DNA of 64,000 nt from Pseudomonadota bacterium (GTDB taxonomy: Bacteria; Bdellovibrionota_B; Oligoflexia; Silvanigrellales; Silvanigrellaceae), in assembly GCA_009926615.1 (NCBI GenBank), contig RFOM01000014.1:74-64073 (forward strand), written 5' to 3'. Both the position numbers and the translations under genes were made by a program. Under the pieces are notes generated by a model. That model saw only the letters and a list, made by a program, of their open reading frames with translations. It had not been told where the DNA came from and ran no database searches. Shown here one piece after another: positions 10,260-20,262 of the stretch; position 1 is the first letter of the stretch, and each line of letters starts with the position of its first letter.

Positions 10260-11488
10260 AGAATGTAGCCGAATCCGGCCTGAAAGAATGTGACGATGTC
10301 TTTTTGCTGCTGCTGACCGCTGTACGCAATTGTGTCCGAGTACTTATCCGAGCGCATCGTGTTGCCGACAAGCCCTTCGAAGACAAGCCGTTTTGAGCTT
10401 ATCAGCGGAATGCGGACACCTGCGCTGCCCGTCAAATGAAGACGGGTTGCCGTACCGGTTCCGGATAAATTTTCTCCGCTGCCCGACACATCCGAGACTT
10501 CCACCTTTTCCGAAAAAGACATCGTCATACGGCCCCCGAGAAAAAAATTCTCGGCAGGCTGAACTTCCAATTCAGCACCCGCCAGCAATCCCGACCGAAT
10601 AACGGTCTGAGTATTTTCAGGTGAACTTGCGCCGGCGGAGATTTTCAAAATTTCCGTTTGTTTGCTCACCGGCGAAACGAAAAATCCCAGTCGCGGCAGG
10701 ACACGAAAGCTGAAGGGGTATCTGAAAACAAGGTCTATCTGCATTCCGGAACCGGTTGCAGCCGCATCCTGAACCTCATTTGAAACAGGACGCTTGAAAC
10801 TGAATTTTGCAGCGCTCCAGCTGGTGATCACAGTTCTGACACCAATCATGTTGGTGAACGTTCCAACCTTCAGCCGAGGCACAAAAGTTTCCACGACGGC
10901 GCCAAATCCGCTGACAGGAATGTTGAGTGCAACACCCGAGCGGACGTTCGCAGCCTGATGCGCCGCATTCTGAATAACTAAAAATGAAGGAAGGATAAGA
11001 GCATTTTCAGCCGGCAGCACGTCTCCGCTGTCGGATCCTGAATTTGCAGGCGTCACCTGAGACGCAGCCACGATATTCAGATTAAGGGTTTTCTTTCCCG
11101 CATCGGAGCGCCGTGCGGGAACAAAGACCCAAACTCCGACTCCCTTCTTGTTTTTTTGTGCCTTCTGAAATGTGATCTCGGCCACAACATCGGTCTGGTT
11201 TTCCGCCAAAACAAAAAAACATTCGTTTGCCGCCGGCGAAGGGTCTGCAGCAGTCGCGGGAACACCGATGCTGTTGCCGCCTTTGTCCAGCTTTATTTTA
11301 AACTTCTTGATGGTCGGTGCGGGAGCTTGCGGCAAAACTCTGAGCCGTGCCGGACTTTCTTCAGAAGCAACCGGAGCAGGACAGCCGCCGGCTGCACCGG
11401 CAGCAGCACCCGCAGCTGCCGGTGGACTTGCCGGTTTTGCCTGTGCATAAACCGTCGAAGTCCAAGCCAAGGACATCGACGCAAGCAT
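10256..11488 (-). CDS. Outer-membrane beta-barrel-like protein with Ala/Pro-rich linker
   Basis: Signal peptide MLASMSLAWTSTVYAQA (ATG 11488 avoids overlap with phhA). Low-complexity AAGAAAGAAGG segment. C-terminal half shows alternating beta-strand pattern ending FQAGFGYIL. Architecture resembles 48665..49807. Confidence 0.55.
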   Translation of the reverse strand: MLASMSLAWTSTVYAQAKPASPPAAAGAAAGAAGGCPAPVASEESPARLRVLPQAPAPTIKKFKIKLDKGGNSIGVPATAADPSPAANECFFVLAENQTDVVAEITFQKAQKNKKGVGVWVFVPARRSDAGKKTLNLNIVAASQVTPANSGSDSGDVLPAENALILPSFLVIQNAAHQAANVRSGVALNIPVSGFGAVVETFVPRLKVGTFTNMIGVRTVITSWSAAKFSFKRPVSNEVQDAAATGSGMQIDLVFRYPFSFRVLPRLGFFVSPVSKQTEILKISAGASSPENTQTVIRSGLLAGAELEVQPAENFFLGGRMTMSFSEKVEVSDVSGSGENLSGTGTATRLHLTGSAGVRIPLISSKRLVFEGLVGNTMRSDKYSDTIAYSGQQQQKDIVTFFQAGFGYIL

Positions 11489-11490
11489 TC

Positions 11491-12360
11491 CTAAACTAGT
11501 AATCCCTTGTCGGATGCCCATTTGCGAAACTCGGACTCCAATTCATCAAACGATGCAATCTCAAACAGAGTATCCTGCATGTGGTGAATATCAAAGACCC
11601 TATTTGCCAGAACATGGGGATTGAACGGTTCTTTTTTGACTACGTCACTCAGGCTGTGCGTTATTTCACCCACCGATGAAACGATTCCTGCACCATAAAT
11701 CGTCGTCTCCTGACCGCGGCGCTTGGACGGATTATGTGCGTTGGGATTCATCAGTCCGAACTCAACGGTGAACCAATAAATTCGCCCCAACCAAGCGACC
11801 TGTTCCTCGGTCGTCGCCGCGTATCCCGCCAATCCGTATGCATGAAAAAACGATGCAAAGCGGGGATTGGTAATAAGCGGCAGGTGTCCCATCAAATCAT
11901 GAAACATGTCCGGTGCAGGAGTGTATTCAAGTTCTGTCGGATGCCTGATAAAGTCTGTGCACGGGAAGCATTTATTGGCGAGCAGCTTGAAAAAGATATT
12001 CTCCGGAACGTAACCTTCCACCCGAATAATCTGCCATCCGGTGGCTGTCTTGAGCCCCGCACTGAGCTCGGCGAGAGTAGGAACCCTGTCCGCCGGATAG
12101 TTTAAAAATGTGCGTCCGGCCAAATACTCGGCGCAGACCCGTCCCTGCAAAAGAGCACTTTGCCGCTTAAACAGCTCGGCCCAAGTGGAGTGTTGTTCCT
12201 GCGCATACACAGGAGGCTTGATGGCTTCGCCGATGGTTCCTTCGGCCGATGGACTCGGTGCAACGGGAGAAGAGGGACGCGCTTTGAACTCAACCTCAGT
12301 TGATAACTTTCCGGAAGGTATTTGAGGAAGAGTAATCACATTGAGTCCTCCGGACATCAT
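11491..12360 (-). CDS. phhA: Phenylalanine 4-monooxygenase (aromatic amino acid hydroxylase)
   Basis: Iron-ligand motif PDMFHDLMGHLPL plus YWFTVEFGL, typical of bacterial PhhA. Confidence 0.85.
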   Translation of the reverse strand: MMSGGLNVITLPQIPSGKLSTEVEFKARPSSPVAPSPSAEGTIGEAIKPPVYAQEQHSTWAELFKRQSALLQGRVCAEYLAGRTFLNYPADRVPTLAELSAGLKTATGWQIIRVEGYVPENIFFKLLANKCFPCTDFIRHPTELEYTPAPDMFHDLMGHLPLITNPRFASFFHAYGLAGYAATTEEQVAWLGRIYWFTVEFGLMNPNAHNPSKRRGQETTIYGAGIVSSVGEITHSLSDVVKKEPFNPHVLANRVFDIHHMQDTLFEIASFDELESEFRKWASDKGLLV

Positions 12361-12454
12361 TTCAGGCCTCCGATGCCGTAAATCAGCACATTACCCATGG
12401 CCCTGAAGTGTCCGATCACCACTCATTCATAATCGGAAAAAGGCGCAAAAACCT

Positions 12455-13420
12455 CTAACGCTTCAAAAGTACCAATGATTCATTGATCTTATAAAACCGA
12501 TCATGGCCTTCATAGCAGAGTGACGGACTCTGCGCAAAAGTCACCGGCGAACAATCATATAAACGCCCAAATCTGGAGCGAACCTCAGACAGTAAACTGT
12601 CATCCCTTCTGTACCCCGTTCTGTCATTGCGCAAAACCAAGACAGCTCGCGGTGAAAGCCTTTCAACTGCCAGCCAAAAGTCATCCCAAAAATGTTTGAG
12701 CACGCGCTGCTGTCCGCGTCCGGCGCCGAAGGCCGGAGGATCACACACCCACACATCAGGACAGTCAACTTTGCCTGCTGCAACGCGCCGCTCGAGTCGT
12801 GCAAGATACTTCTGAGCCAACTCGGGAATCACTGCGAAGTCTACGCCGTTAAGTTCAGCGTTGCGTTTCCCCCAAGAGAGCATCTCCGGACTGGCATCCA
12901 CGTTAATGGCAGACTTAATCCCTTGCCTGCAGGCAACGACCGCAAAACCGCAGGTGTACGAAAAAAGATTCAACAGCTGAGAATCCGGCTTAAGGATCTG
13001 ACGCAGCGCAAGTCGCGCGGGGCGTGCATCCGGAAACAAACCAAAATCATTTTTACTGTCTGCACGGACCTCATAAGAACAACCATCTTCGAGCGCCGTC
13101 CAGTGATGCCCAAGAATTTGATCGGGATCGAGAAATTTGAATTCTCCTTCCTCAGAGCGCACTTTTCCGACAAAAAATCGCTCTCCCTGCAACACCGCCC
13201 GCAGAGCGGAGATCATTTCATCCGCTTCTGAAGCAAAAGACGGGTTGTACACCGTCAGGACGACAAGCGGTCCAAAGGCATCAACCAACACCCCGTCCAT
13301 CCCGTCGGCTTCGCCGGCAAAATAGCGCCCAATCTCTGCAGGATTCTGCAACCGCGGTTCGACGGCGAACCTGCGGGCAAGCGCATTTTGAAACATTTTT
13401 TCCAGTGCAGAAGAAGTCAA
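12455..13420 (-). CDS. Class I SAM-dependent rRNA methyltransferase (RlmI/RlmK-like)
   Basis: LNLFSYTCGFAVVA (SAM-binding region) and VCDPPAF (DPPxF catalytic motif). Confidence 0.7.
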   Translation of the reverse strand: MTSSALEKMFQNALARRFAVEPRLQNPAEIGRYFAGEADGMDGVLVDAFGPLVVLTVYNPSFASEADEMISALRAVLQGERFFVGKVRSEEGEFKFLDPDQILGHHWTALEDGCSYEVRADSKNDFGLFPDARPARLALRQILKPDSQLLNLFSYTCGFAVVACRQGIKSAINVDASPEMLSWGKRNAELNGVDFAVIPELAQKYLARLERRVAAGKVDCPDVWVCDPPAFGAGRGQQRVLKHFWDDFWLAVERLSPRAVLVLRNDRTGYRRDDSLLSEVRSRFGRLYDCSPVTFAQSPSLCYEGHDRFYKINESLVLLKR

Positions 13421-13425
13421 ATCAA

Positions 13426-14253
13426 TTAGCCTTTCAGTGTTCGCGACATGGGCGTCCGGAACAAAGTCAGTATGTGAGCATTTAGTTTTGGAGGCAAGAC
13501 ACGTGCCGGCCCGACCATGGAAGATGCCGCAGAAATTTTTGGTGCAAAATGATCGGACGTGAAAAAATCAAATTCAGACAGAAGGGTTCCGCCGCTCGTC
13601 AGCACATCGTCAACCAACAGAACGCCTTTTTCTGAATCCACTTCATTTCCCTGCAGCAGGACCGGCTCGCCGCCTGCCGGAGGTCTTTTAAAACTAGGAT
13701 TAGAGCGCTGCGAGACCTTCTGCCTGCGCTCAGTTGAAGAAATATTCGCCCTTCGCCCTGCAGAACGGGGTGATGGCATGAAAATTTCAAATTTTTTGAC
13801 CGCGTTGAATTTTGACTTCACTTCCTCAAGCTGCTGCAGCCAGAAATCGGACGGATGCCAGTGCATACCCAGAATTCTTTTGAGACTCAGCCTTGGAATG
13901 ACGACTGTGCCAATATCTTCGCGGCTCAAAATGTCGTTCAGGGATTTGCCTGCAGCCTCGGAATAAAGTTCCGCAAAAGCTTCAACTGCAACAGGATCCT
14001 GAATGTCTTTTGCGCGCAAAAGCAAATCTCTGTGAAAGCCCGAATAGTTAAACAGTGACGTCACGGAGGAAAATTCGGACAGTGTTCCGCATTGACTTCC
14101 GCAATCGGCAACGCCGCAACGCGAACACGCGCACCAACGTCGTGACGCGGCGTCTTTCAGACAAGAAAAACACAGTCCGGACGATGACAACTTTGACGAG
14201 TTAAAAGAAAAACACAATTTACAGTCTGCGGGAGAGCGAAGACCTTTCAGCAA
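13426..14253 (-). CDS. comF: ComF family phosphoribosyltransferase-domain protein
   Basis: N-terminal Cys clusters (CKLCF...CFSC...CSRCG) and PRTase motif VLLVDDVLTSGGTL. Start uncertain: TTG 14253 proposed because the longer ORF (to 14460) overlaps rlmH. Confidence 0.7.
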   Translation of the reverse strand: MLKGLRSPADCKLCFSFNSSKLSSSGLCFSCLKDAASRRWCACSRCGVADCGSQCGTLSEFSSVTSLFNYSGFHRDLLLRAKDIQDPVAVEAFAELYSEAAGKSLNDILSREDIGTVVIPRLSLKRILGMHWHPSDFWLQQLEEVKSKFNAVKKFEIFMPSPRSAGRRANISSTERRQKVSQRSNPSFKRPPAGGEPVLLQGNEVDSEKGVLLVDDVLTSGGTLLSEFDFFTSDHFAPKISAASSMVGPARVLPPKLNAHILTLFRTPMSRTLKG

Positions 14254-14743
14254 ACGTTGCGGCCAACGGCGAGGCGCCGCCGTGATGGTAGGGATGCTTT
14301 GCACGAATCGTTTCACTCCGGTAAACCTGCTCAAGCAGAACCACCAGCGACAACTCATGCGCCATGGTTGCCTGCGAGAGAGACAACACTTTTGCATTGG
14401 CGGTGAACTGCTGCAGTGCCGCAGGCAATCCGTATGCACCGCCGAAAACAAATGCGACATTCCTCAAACCGCGGTCGCGGCAGTGCGACAACTCGTCAGA
14501 AAAACGCTCACTCGACCAGTTTTGTCCGCGCTCATCCAAAAAGAAAAGCAGACCGCGATCTTGCAGTATTTTTTCACATTCTTTGACTAAAAACTGTTCA
14601 ATTAATTTTTCAGAATCAAGAGAACGGGCAGGAGAAATAATCTGTGCGGGAGAAAAACGCGACACACGCTGCAGAAGCTCCTCAGCCCAGCTTTTTGCCG
14701 GACCGGATGCAAGCTTCCACGGAGTGATAAACTGGTATTGCAT
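14219..14743 (-). CDS. rlmH: 23S rRNA (pseudouridine1915-N3)-methyltransferase RlmH
   Basis: SPOUT/RlmH signatures LDERGQNWSSERF, FVFGGAYGLP and SLSQATMAHEL. ATG 14743 (MQYQFI) chosen. Confidence 0.85.
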   Translation of the reverse strand: MQYQFITPWKLASGPAKSWAEELLQRVSRFSPAQIISPARSLDSEKLIEQFLVKECEKILQDRGLLFFLDERGQNWSSERFSDELSHCRDRGLRNVAFVFGGAYGLPAALQQFTANAKVLSLSQATMAHELSLVVLLEQVYRSETIRAKHPYHHGGASPLAATFAERSSLSRRL

Positions 14744-14807
14744 AGATGAATGACTCGCCGCATCCGGCCCTGCCCGAGTGACTGCGGTCAGGGCTTTCGA
14801 ACCGCAA

Positions 14808-15296
14808 TTAAACCGTCGCGCCTGCGGAGTCATCGGCCGATGCCGATGAACTTTTTGGAAGTGCGGCTTTCACTTCTGCAAGAAGCTCGGCAAGCTCCTG
14901 ATCTGCAGGAGTAATGTATCTTCCCTTGCTCCAGAGTTTTTCGAGCGAATAAAGCTCGCGCGTCGGTTCCTGAAAGACGTGAACAAACAGAAAACCGTAG
15001 TCGAGAAGAATCCACGTGCGCTGTTCGCGGCCGTCGACGGCAACCGGCTGAAGGCCAAGTTCGTCGCGGAAAAACAGGCGAATTTCTTCAGCAACGGCAG
15101 CAACCTGACGGGCGTTGGTCGCACTCAGAATTGCAAAGTACTCAGTAAAGGCGCCCTGATTGCGCAGGTCAATGGCAAGGGGACGAGTTGCCTTTTTTTC
15201 CAGCCCGATGGCGAGAGCAAGCTTAACAAGCTCCTCGCGTTCAAGAATGCGCTCACCCGCGCGGATGATTGCTTGCCCGTTTGTGCTCTTTGCCAT
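14808..15296 (-). CDS. rsfS: Ribosome silencing factor RsfS
   Basis: FTEYFAILSATNARQVAAVAEEI...WILLDYGFLFVHVFQ is an RsfS/iojap signature. Conserved rsfS-rlmH order. Confidence 0.9.
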   Translation of the reverse strand: MAKSTNGQAIIRAGERILEREELVKLALAIGLEKKATRPLAIDLRNQGAFTEYFAILSATNARQVAAVAEEIRLFFRDELGLQPVAVDGREQRTWILLDYGFLFVHVFQEPTRELYSLEKLWSKGRYITPADQELAELLAEVKAALPKSSSASADDSAGATV

Positions 15297-15297
15297 T

Positions 15298-16335
15298 TCA
15301 GTGGCCCTCCTTCATTGCATCCAGCAGTCCGACAACTTTATCCAGCATGTTCGAAATACCCAGCCGGCGTGCAGAACTCAGTTCCAAAAATTCGACTTTT
15401 TTTGATTGCAGATACGATCGGAATCCGTTGATTGCCTCTTCGTTCTGAAAAACTTCTTCACCTTCAGCCTGAACCAAATCAAGCTTGGAAAGAACAGTCA
15501 GACGAGGTCGCAAGAGCAACTGCTGATCATAAAGTTCAAGTTCGTTCAAAATTCCTTCATAGTCGGAGATCATCGCATCGGCTGTCTCCTGACTCGCATC
15601 AATCAAATGAATTAGAATGCGTGTGCGTTCGATGTGGCGCAGAAAATCGTGACCCAGTCCCTTGCCTTCACTCGCTCCGGCAATCAATCCCGGTACGTCG
15701 GCAACAACAAACGGATCGGCGTCTTTGTGACTCACCACACCCAAATTCGGAATCAAAGTTGTAAACGGATAATCAGCCACCTTCGGGCGTGCCGCCGATA
15801 TCACGGTGATCAAAGTGCTCTTGCCGGCATTGGGTGCACCGATAATTCCCACATCCGCGAGCATCTTGAGTTCAAGGCGGATGCTTTTGCGCTCGCCGAG
15901 CTCAGGCGGAATAGTTTTGGTGGGCGCTTGGTTGCTTGAAGAAACAAACACGTGGTTTCCCACTCCGCCCTTGCCGCCGGTTGCGACAACGAGTTGTTGC
16001 TCGTGTTTCACAACTTCGCCGACCATTTCTCCCGAATCAGAATCGTAAACAACCGTACCGCAGGGAACCTTGAGGACGAGGTCCTCTCCCATTTTTCCCT
16101 GCCTGTTGTTTGTTCCGCCCTTTCCGCCGTGCTCGGCTTCGTGCAGGCGGTTGTATCGAAAGTCGAGAAGAGTATGCAGCCCTTCATCACCCTGAAAGAT
16201 AATACTTCCGCCGCGGCCGCCGTTGCCGCCGTCGGGTCCGCCGAACGCCACGTTCGCTTCTCTGCGGAAATGCGACATGCCGGTTCCGCCGTCGCCTGCT
16301 TTGACTTGAATTTCAGCCGTATCAATAAACTTCAT
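15298..16335 (-). CDS. obg: GTPase Obg/CgtA
   Basis: MKFIDTAEIQVKAGDGGTGMSHFRRE...GGPDGGNGGRGGSIIF is the Obg fold. G1 motif GAPNAGKST. ATG 16335 chosen. Confidence 0.95.
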   Translation of the reverse strand: MKFIDTAEIQVKAGDGGTGMSHFRREANVAFGGPDGGNGGRGGSIIFQGDEGLHTLLDFRYNRLHEAEHGGKGGTNNRQGKMGEDLVLKVPCGTVVYDSDSGEMVGEVVKHEQQLVVATGGKGGVGNHVFVSSSNQAPTKTIPPELGERKSIRLELKMLADVGIIGAPNAGKSTLITVISAARPKVADYPFTTLIPNLGVVSHKDADPFVVADVPGLIAGASEGKGLGHDFLRHIERTRILIHLIDASQETADAMISDYEGILNELELYDQQLLLRPRLTVLSKLDLVQAEGEEVFQNEEAINGFRSYLQSKKVEFLELSSARRLGISNMLDKVVGLLDAMKEGH

Positions 16336-16440
16336 TCCGTGGATACTCCGCGCCGCACATTGGTGCAGCTCTGACAATTGGACGCTAGCAAAAGGAAATC
16401 AGGAGGGAAATAAGAATTTCTCAAAGAAATCCCAAAACAC

Positions 16441-16480
16441 GAAAAAAGGGCCAGACACTCAGCCGAGGTCTGGCCCTTTG
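16441..16480 (-). terminator. Rho-independent terminator/attenuator between rpmA and obg
   Basis: 9-bp perfect stem GGGCCAGAC (16448-16456) / GTCTGGCCC (16468-16476). On the minus-strand transcript it is followed by a run of six U (plus-strand AAAAAA 16442-16447). Confidence 0.7.
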
Positions 16481-16501
16481 TTTCAGTCAGACAAAAAGCA
16501 A

Positions 16502-16768
16502 TTAAGCTTCTGCGCCTGCCGGATAAACGCTGACGCGCTGACGGGTGCGAGTCACAAACTCGAACTTCACGACGCCGTCGATTTTGCTGAACAGGGTGTA
16601 GTCGCGACCCATGCCGACGTTGTTGCCGGGGTGAATCTTCGTTCCAACCTGACGGATGATGATGTTGCCGGCGCGAACGCTTTCGCCGCCGTAGGTTTTT
16701 ACACCGCGAAACTTAGGATTACTGTCACGACCGTTTTTGGTACTACCACCGGCTTTTTTGGTTGCCAT
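16502..16768 (-). CDS. rpmA: 50S ribosomal protein L27
   Basis: [28 protein letters not shown] is canonical L27. Confidence 0.97.
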   Translation of the reverse strand: MATKKAGGSTKNGRDSNPKFRGVKTYGGESVRAGNIIIRQVGTKIHPGNNVGMGRDYTLFSKIDGVVKFEFVTRTRQRVSVYPAGAEA

Positions 16769-16812
16769 TGCAAATTCCTCGACTGTGTTAAGCGATCAAC
16801 GAACGCGCCTGA

Positions 16813-17133
16813 TTAGCCTTCAATCTTATCGATTGTCAGGACCGTGTAAGGCTGACGATGACCCTGTGTCTTCTTGAGATGGTTTTTGTTGAGATACTTG
16901 AAAACGAGAACTTTGTCGGCGCGTGTGTGCGCAGAAACAGTTGCCGTAACCTTTGCGCCTGCAACAGTCGGAGCGCCAACTTTGAAGTTGCTTCCGGTGT
17001 TGAGCATGTAGACGTCAGAGAAGGAAACCTTGGCGCCGACATCACTCGCATAGTAGTTGGCTTGGATCTTGTCGCCTTCTTTCACTTTGAACTGACGACC
17101 GAAAACATTAACGATAGCGTACTTCGTACTCAC
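16813..17133 (-). CDS. rplU: 50S ribosomal protein L21
   Basis: YAIVNVFGRQFKVKEGDKI is canonical L21. GTG 17133 preceded by AAGGAA. The longer 144-aa ORF N-terminus is not L21-like. Confidence 0.9.
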   Translation of the reverse strand: MSTKYAIVNVFGRQFKVKEGDKIQANYYASDVGAKVSFSDVYMLNTGSNFKVGAPTVAGAKVTATVSAHTRADKVLVFKYLNKNHLKKTQGHRQPYTVLTIDKIEG

Positions 17134-17385
17134 AGGCGTATTCCTTTGCAGAGCTAACGCGGACAGCTTCAGGGTTTCTCCCGCATGCGCGGATGAGTCC
17201 CGATGCAATGAGTTGTTCGACTTAGTGCAATCAGAGCCATCGGTCAAGACACTTTCGAAGGATTAATTTACTGCAGGAAAGACGGCCAATTGCCATAAAA
17301 ACACATCAGCCTGTTCCGCTCCGCAGGCTTGACTCGGAGCGCGGGACGGTCAATTTGTATCAATCCCCAAAAATGAGGTGACGGT

Positions 17386-18312
17386 TTGATCGGCAACGAA
17401 TTGCATATTCACGTGGCACATAGTCCCGATCCGGACGACCGTCTGATGTTCTGGCCGCTGGCCGATGGTCTTGTTGAAAGTGCCCGAAATGGCCGCTCTT
17501 ATCTGTTCAGCTTTGAGGAAGCAGACACTCAGGCTCTCAACAAGATAGCCTCAGAAGGACGTGCCGATGTGTGTGCGGTGTCTGCCATTCATGCGCTCCG
17601 GCTGATGGAGTCCCACCAGCCATTGATTATGGGTGCATCAGTCGGTGATGCCTACGGACCGGTTGTCGTCGCCCTCAGGGGCGGTTCGGGCGAAAAGCTT
17701 TGGATTGAAGGCGGGGCGGAGGCCCGAAGGTCCGGCCTCCATCTTCTTACCCCCGGCGAAACGACCACCGCCCACACCGTTGCCCAACTTGTAGGTCTGA
17801 CTTTCGCTGGCTGCGAGGCAGTTCCGATAGTCCCGCTCACCCGCGTCTTCGATCATTTGAAAGAGTGCGAAGCAGCAGGCAGACCCACCGTGGCCCTGCT
17901 GATTCACGAGGGGCGTCTGACGTTCGCAGACCACGGTTGCGTGCGGCTTATGGATATCGGTGAACTCTGGACACAGCAGACCGGCGTAAGTTTGCCCCTT
18001 GGGCTCAACGTCGTCAGCCGAAGTCTGCCGCTTCGGGTGAGGCAGGACATTTCCGATATTTTTGTAGAGAGCTGTTCTTATGCGGTGACTCACCGCGAAC
18101 AATTTGTGCGCATGGCTCAGATTCCGAATCACACCTACCACAGTGCGCTTTCAGGCCCGCAGCTCAGGCACTACCTCGACCTTTATGCCAACCAAACCAC
18201 GGTCTCGATTCTGGACCGCGACAAAAAGGGCTTTCAGGAATTGCTGCGCCGCGCTGCGGATTCGGGATATTTGAACCTGAAAAATAAATCTAAAAATATT
18301 GACTGGATTTGA
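17386..18312 (+). CDS. MqnA/MqnD-family protein (futalosine-pathway menaquinone biosynthesis fold)
   Basis: HSPDPDDRLMFWPL and LLIHEGRLTF resemble the MqnA/MqnD SPCPND and IHEGQ motifs. TTG start. Confidence 0.55.
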   Translation: MIGNELHIHVAHSPDPDDRLMFWPLADGLVESARNGRSYLFSFEEADTQALNKIASEGRADVCAVSAIHALRLMESHQPLIMGASVGDAYGPVVVALRGGSGEKLWIEGGAEARRSGLHLLTPGETTTAHTVAQLVGLTFAGCEAVPIVPLTRVFDHLKECEAAGRPTVALLIHEGRLTFADHGCVRLMDIGELWTQQTGVSLPLGLNVVSRSLPLRVRQDISDIFVESCSYAVTHREQFVRMAQIPNHTYHSALSGPQLRHYLDLYANQTTVSILDRDKKGFQELLRRAADSGYLNLKNKSKNIDWI

Positions 18313-18338
18313 AAAAGTCGACTGATAAAAAGCATGAG

Positions 18339-18686
18339 TCAGAACTTGCCCGACCATTCCTCTTCCTTGAAACCCACGCATCCGAAATTGTCGCCGAGCA
18401 AAAACGGACGCTTGACGAGCTTGCCGTGCGCTGCGAGCAACTCAAGGGCCTCGGCCTGCGCCATACTTGGAAGACGCTCGCTCATCTTCATTTCGCGGTA
18501 AAGCTCTCCGCTCGTGTTGAAGAGCTTTTTGAGGTCGCCGACGTGGTCAAGCATTCGGCGCAGCTCGGCCACAGACGGAGGTTGTTCGACAATCGGCAGC
18601 ACCTGAGCCTTCACACCGCGTTCTTTGAGCCAGTTCAAAGCCTTTTTGCAGGTTGAACACTTCTCATAACTGTAAATCTTAATCAT
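18339..18686 (-). CDS. ArsC/Spx-family thioredoxin-fold protein (YffB-like)
   Basis: MIKIYSYEKCSTCKKALNWL N-terminus with a CxxC-type motif. 115 aa. Confidence 0.75.
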   Translation of the reverse strand: MIKIYSYEKCSTCKKALNWLKERGVKAQVLPIVEQPPSVAELRRMLDHVGDLKKLFNTSGELYREMKMSERLPSMAQAEALELLAAHGKLVKRPFLLGDNFGCVGFKEEEWSGKF

Positions 18687-18786
18687 TTTCGGTCTCCTGA
18701 CAGTTCGGCAGAGCGTCGCGGCTGCATCCTACCCCGACTGTCTTGATATTCCAGCACGGCTGGTCTAGGACTCTGGGCAATCGTGC

Positions 18787-18876
18787 GGAGAGGTGTCCGA
18801 GTGGCTGAAGGAGCACGATTGGAAATCGTGTTACGGTTAACCCCGTACGAGGGTTCGAATCCCTCTCTCTCCGCCA
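18787..18876 (+). tRNA. tRNA-Ser (anticodon GGA)
   Basis: Hand-folded cloverleaf. Acceptor GGAGAGG/TCTCTCC. Anticodon stem CACGA/TCGTG with loop TTGGAAA. Long variable arm. T-arm GAGGG-TTCGAAT-CCCTC. Encoded CCA. Confidence 0.9.
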
Positions 18877-19012
18877 TAAGCGTCCAGCGACCTTGGGGTT
18901 TTTGTTTTTTAAAATCGATTTGCTACCAAATGCGACCACCGTGGGTGCGTGTCCAGTGATGTTGGTGGGTTTACGGTTATTATATTGGCGACGTGACAAT
19001 CCTGAGCGTTGC

Positions 19013-19381
19013 TCAGTCAATAAAAAAACTTTTTCTCAATTCCGACACTTTGCCTTGCGGGTTGAAAACGACCCAACGCTGATCGAAATCGTCCGTACCG
19101 GACATTTGCCAAGAATAAATCCAAATGCATTCACTATGAACATCACAATCTTTTCTGAGTGGCTTACCGAGCAATTGGGAAATCTCGAACTGATCCATTT
19201 GAAGTTTGGCTTGTTCGAAAGCGTCAATCGAAAAATCCGGCGCCCATCGAGTCGCCTCAAATCCGGCCAAGAGTGTTCTGAAAAAAGCATCTTTCCACTC
19301 GTAGTGAAATCGGATCTTGTTGACAATCAAAATGACAACCAATGACAAAACGAAAATGAAGAAAATTCTCCGTATTTTCAT
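19013..19381 (-). CDS. Membrane-anchored hypothetical protein, possible BamE/SmpA-OmlA-like fold
   Basis: N-terminal TM segment IFFIFVLSLVVILIV. The pattern FEISQLLGKP...IWIYSW...RWVVFNPQGKV resembles SmpA/OmlA domains. Overlaps the upstream gene by 4 nt. Confidence 0.45.
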   Translation of the reverse strand: MKIRRIFFIFVLSLVVILIVNKIRFHYEWKDAFFRTLLAGFEATRWAPDFSIDAFEQAKLQMDQFEISQLLGKPLRKDCDVHSECIWIYSWQMSGTDDFDQRWVVFNPQGKVSELRKSFFID

Positions 19382-19950
19382 GCCATCCCTTTGCCGGAGA
19401 GGTTGTTGAAAAACTCTTTGTCTTTCCTTGTCCTGATGTAAGGGCGACCGGAAACAGGAAAAACGGGACGAGCGTTATCGATTTCATGTTGGCACGTCAT
19501 TTTCAATGCATGGTCAAATTCAATCCAACCAACGTTAGTCACACAATATGCAACGATCCTTTTTTTCTCCCGTCTGACGTCGATAACCAGTTTCATGGGT
19601 GTACCCAAGCTCTCTTGGTTATAGAGTGTTTTACCGAAATGATTTTCGTCGACGGCTGTCTTCGAAATTGCAGACACTGTCAGATCTTGTCCGGCGTCGA
19701 AAATCTCTGCTGTAGAGAAGTCGTAAATCTTCCACCAATTGGGATGGCCGGCAACAGGGACGCCATCAAAACGTTTGAAACCATCAACGTCGATGTTTTG
19801 GGGTGTCTTGAGTCCCGATTCCAACCATCGGGCAATAGGCACACCCGAGTCGGTTTCAATAACCCAAAGCCTCTTTGAGGAAAAATTCTTGACTTGGCCT
19901 TTGATCCCCAACTCTTTCCAAAGCTTCTTCAGAGAATCATAAAGTTTCAT
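19378..19950 (-). CDS. Hypothetical protein, C-terminal DUF3892-like segment
   Basis: 190 aa, no signal peptide. The C-terminal GRPYIRTRKDKEFFNNL resembles, from memory, the DUF3892 Y-l-r-T..D...NNL pattern. Weak assignment. Confidence 0.4.
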   Translation of the reverse strand: MKLYDSLKKLWKELGIKGQVKNFSSKRLWVIETDSGVPIARWLESGLKTPQNIDVDGFKRFDGVPVAGHPNWWKIYDFSTAEIFDAGQDLTVSAISKTAVDENHFGKTLYNQESLGTPMKLVIDVRREKKRIVAYCVTNVGWIEFDHALKMTCQHEIDNARPVFPVSGRPYIRTRKDKEFFNNLSGKGMA

Positions 19951-19962
19951 TTATATGCCGAC

Positions 19963-20259
19963 CTATTCAACTTCAATCCGAACCCTCATTCCCGCCGTTT
20001 GCGCAATATGCGCAAGAGTTGCCAAAGTGATATTGCCGTCCCCGCGCTGAATCTTTGAAAACAAAGAAGGGCTGATGCCTAGACGACGCACCATTTCATT
20101 GAAGCCAATTTTCTCGCGCGCCATATACTGCGCAACGATTCTGGTGACATCATCCTGAAGCTGCTGAAGCTGAGACAACTCCTCTTGGGCTCGGGCACGA
20201 ATCTCTGCCGCCTCATCCTTGGAATAATTTTCCGCAAGAATCTCAATACTTTGAATCAA
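19963..20259 (-). CDS. XRE-family helix-turn-helix protein
   Basis: GFNEMVRRLGISPSLFSKIQRGDGNITLATLAHIA is a Cro/C1-type HTH. Lies 3 nt downstream of the ATPase gene. Confidence 0.75.
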   Translation of the reverse strand: MIQSIEILAENYSKDEAAEIRARAQEELSQLQQLQDDVTRIVAQYMAREKIGFNEMVRRLGISPSLFSKIQRGDGNITLATLAHIAQTAGMRVRIEVE

Positions 20260-20262
20260 ATT

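Noticed and set aside
14254-14460. Long N-terminal extension of the comF ORF
   Set aside because: It overlaps the rlmH coding region by more than 200 nt and has Cys/Arg/Trp-rich shadow composition. The ComF Cys-cluster region begins just after the proposed TTG 14253.
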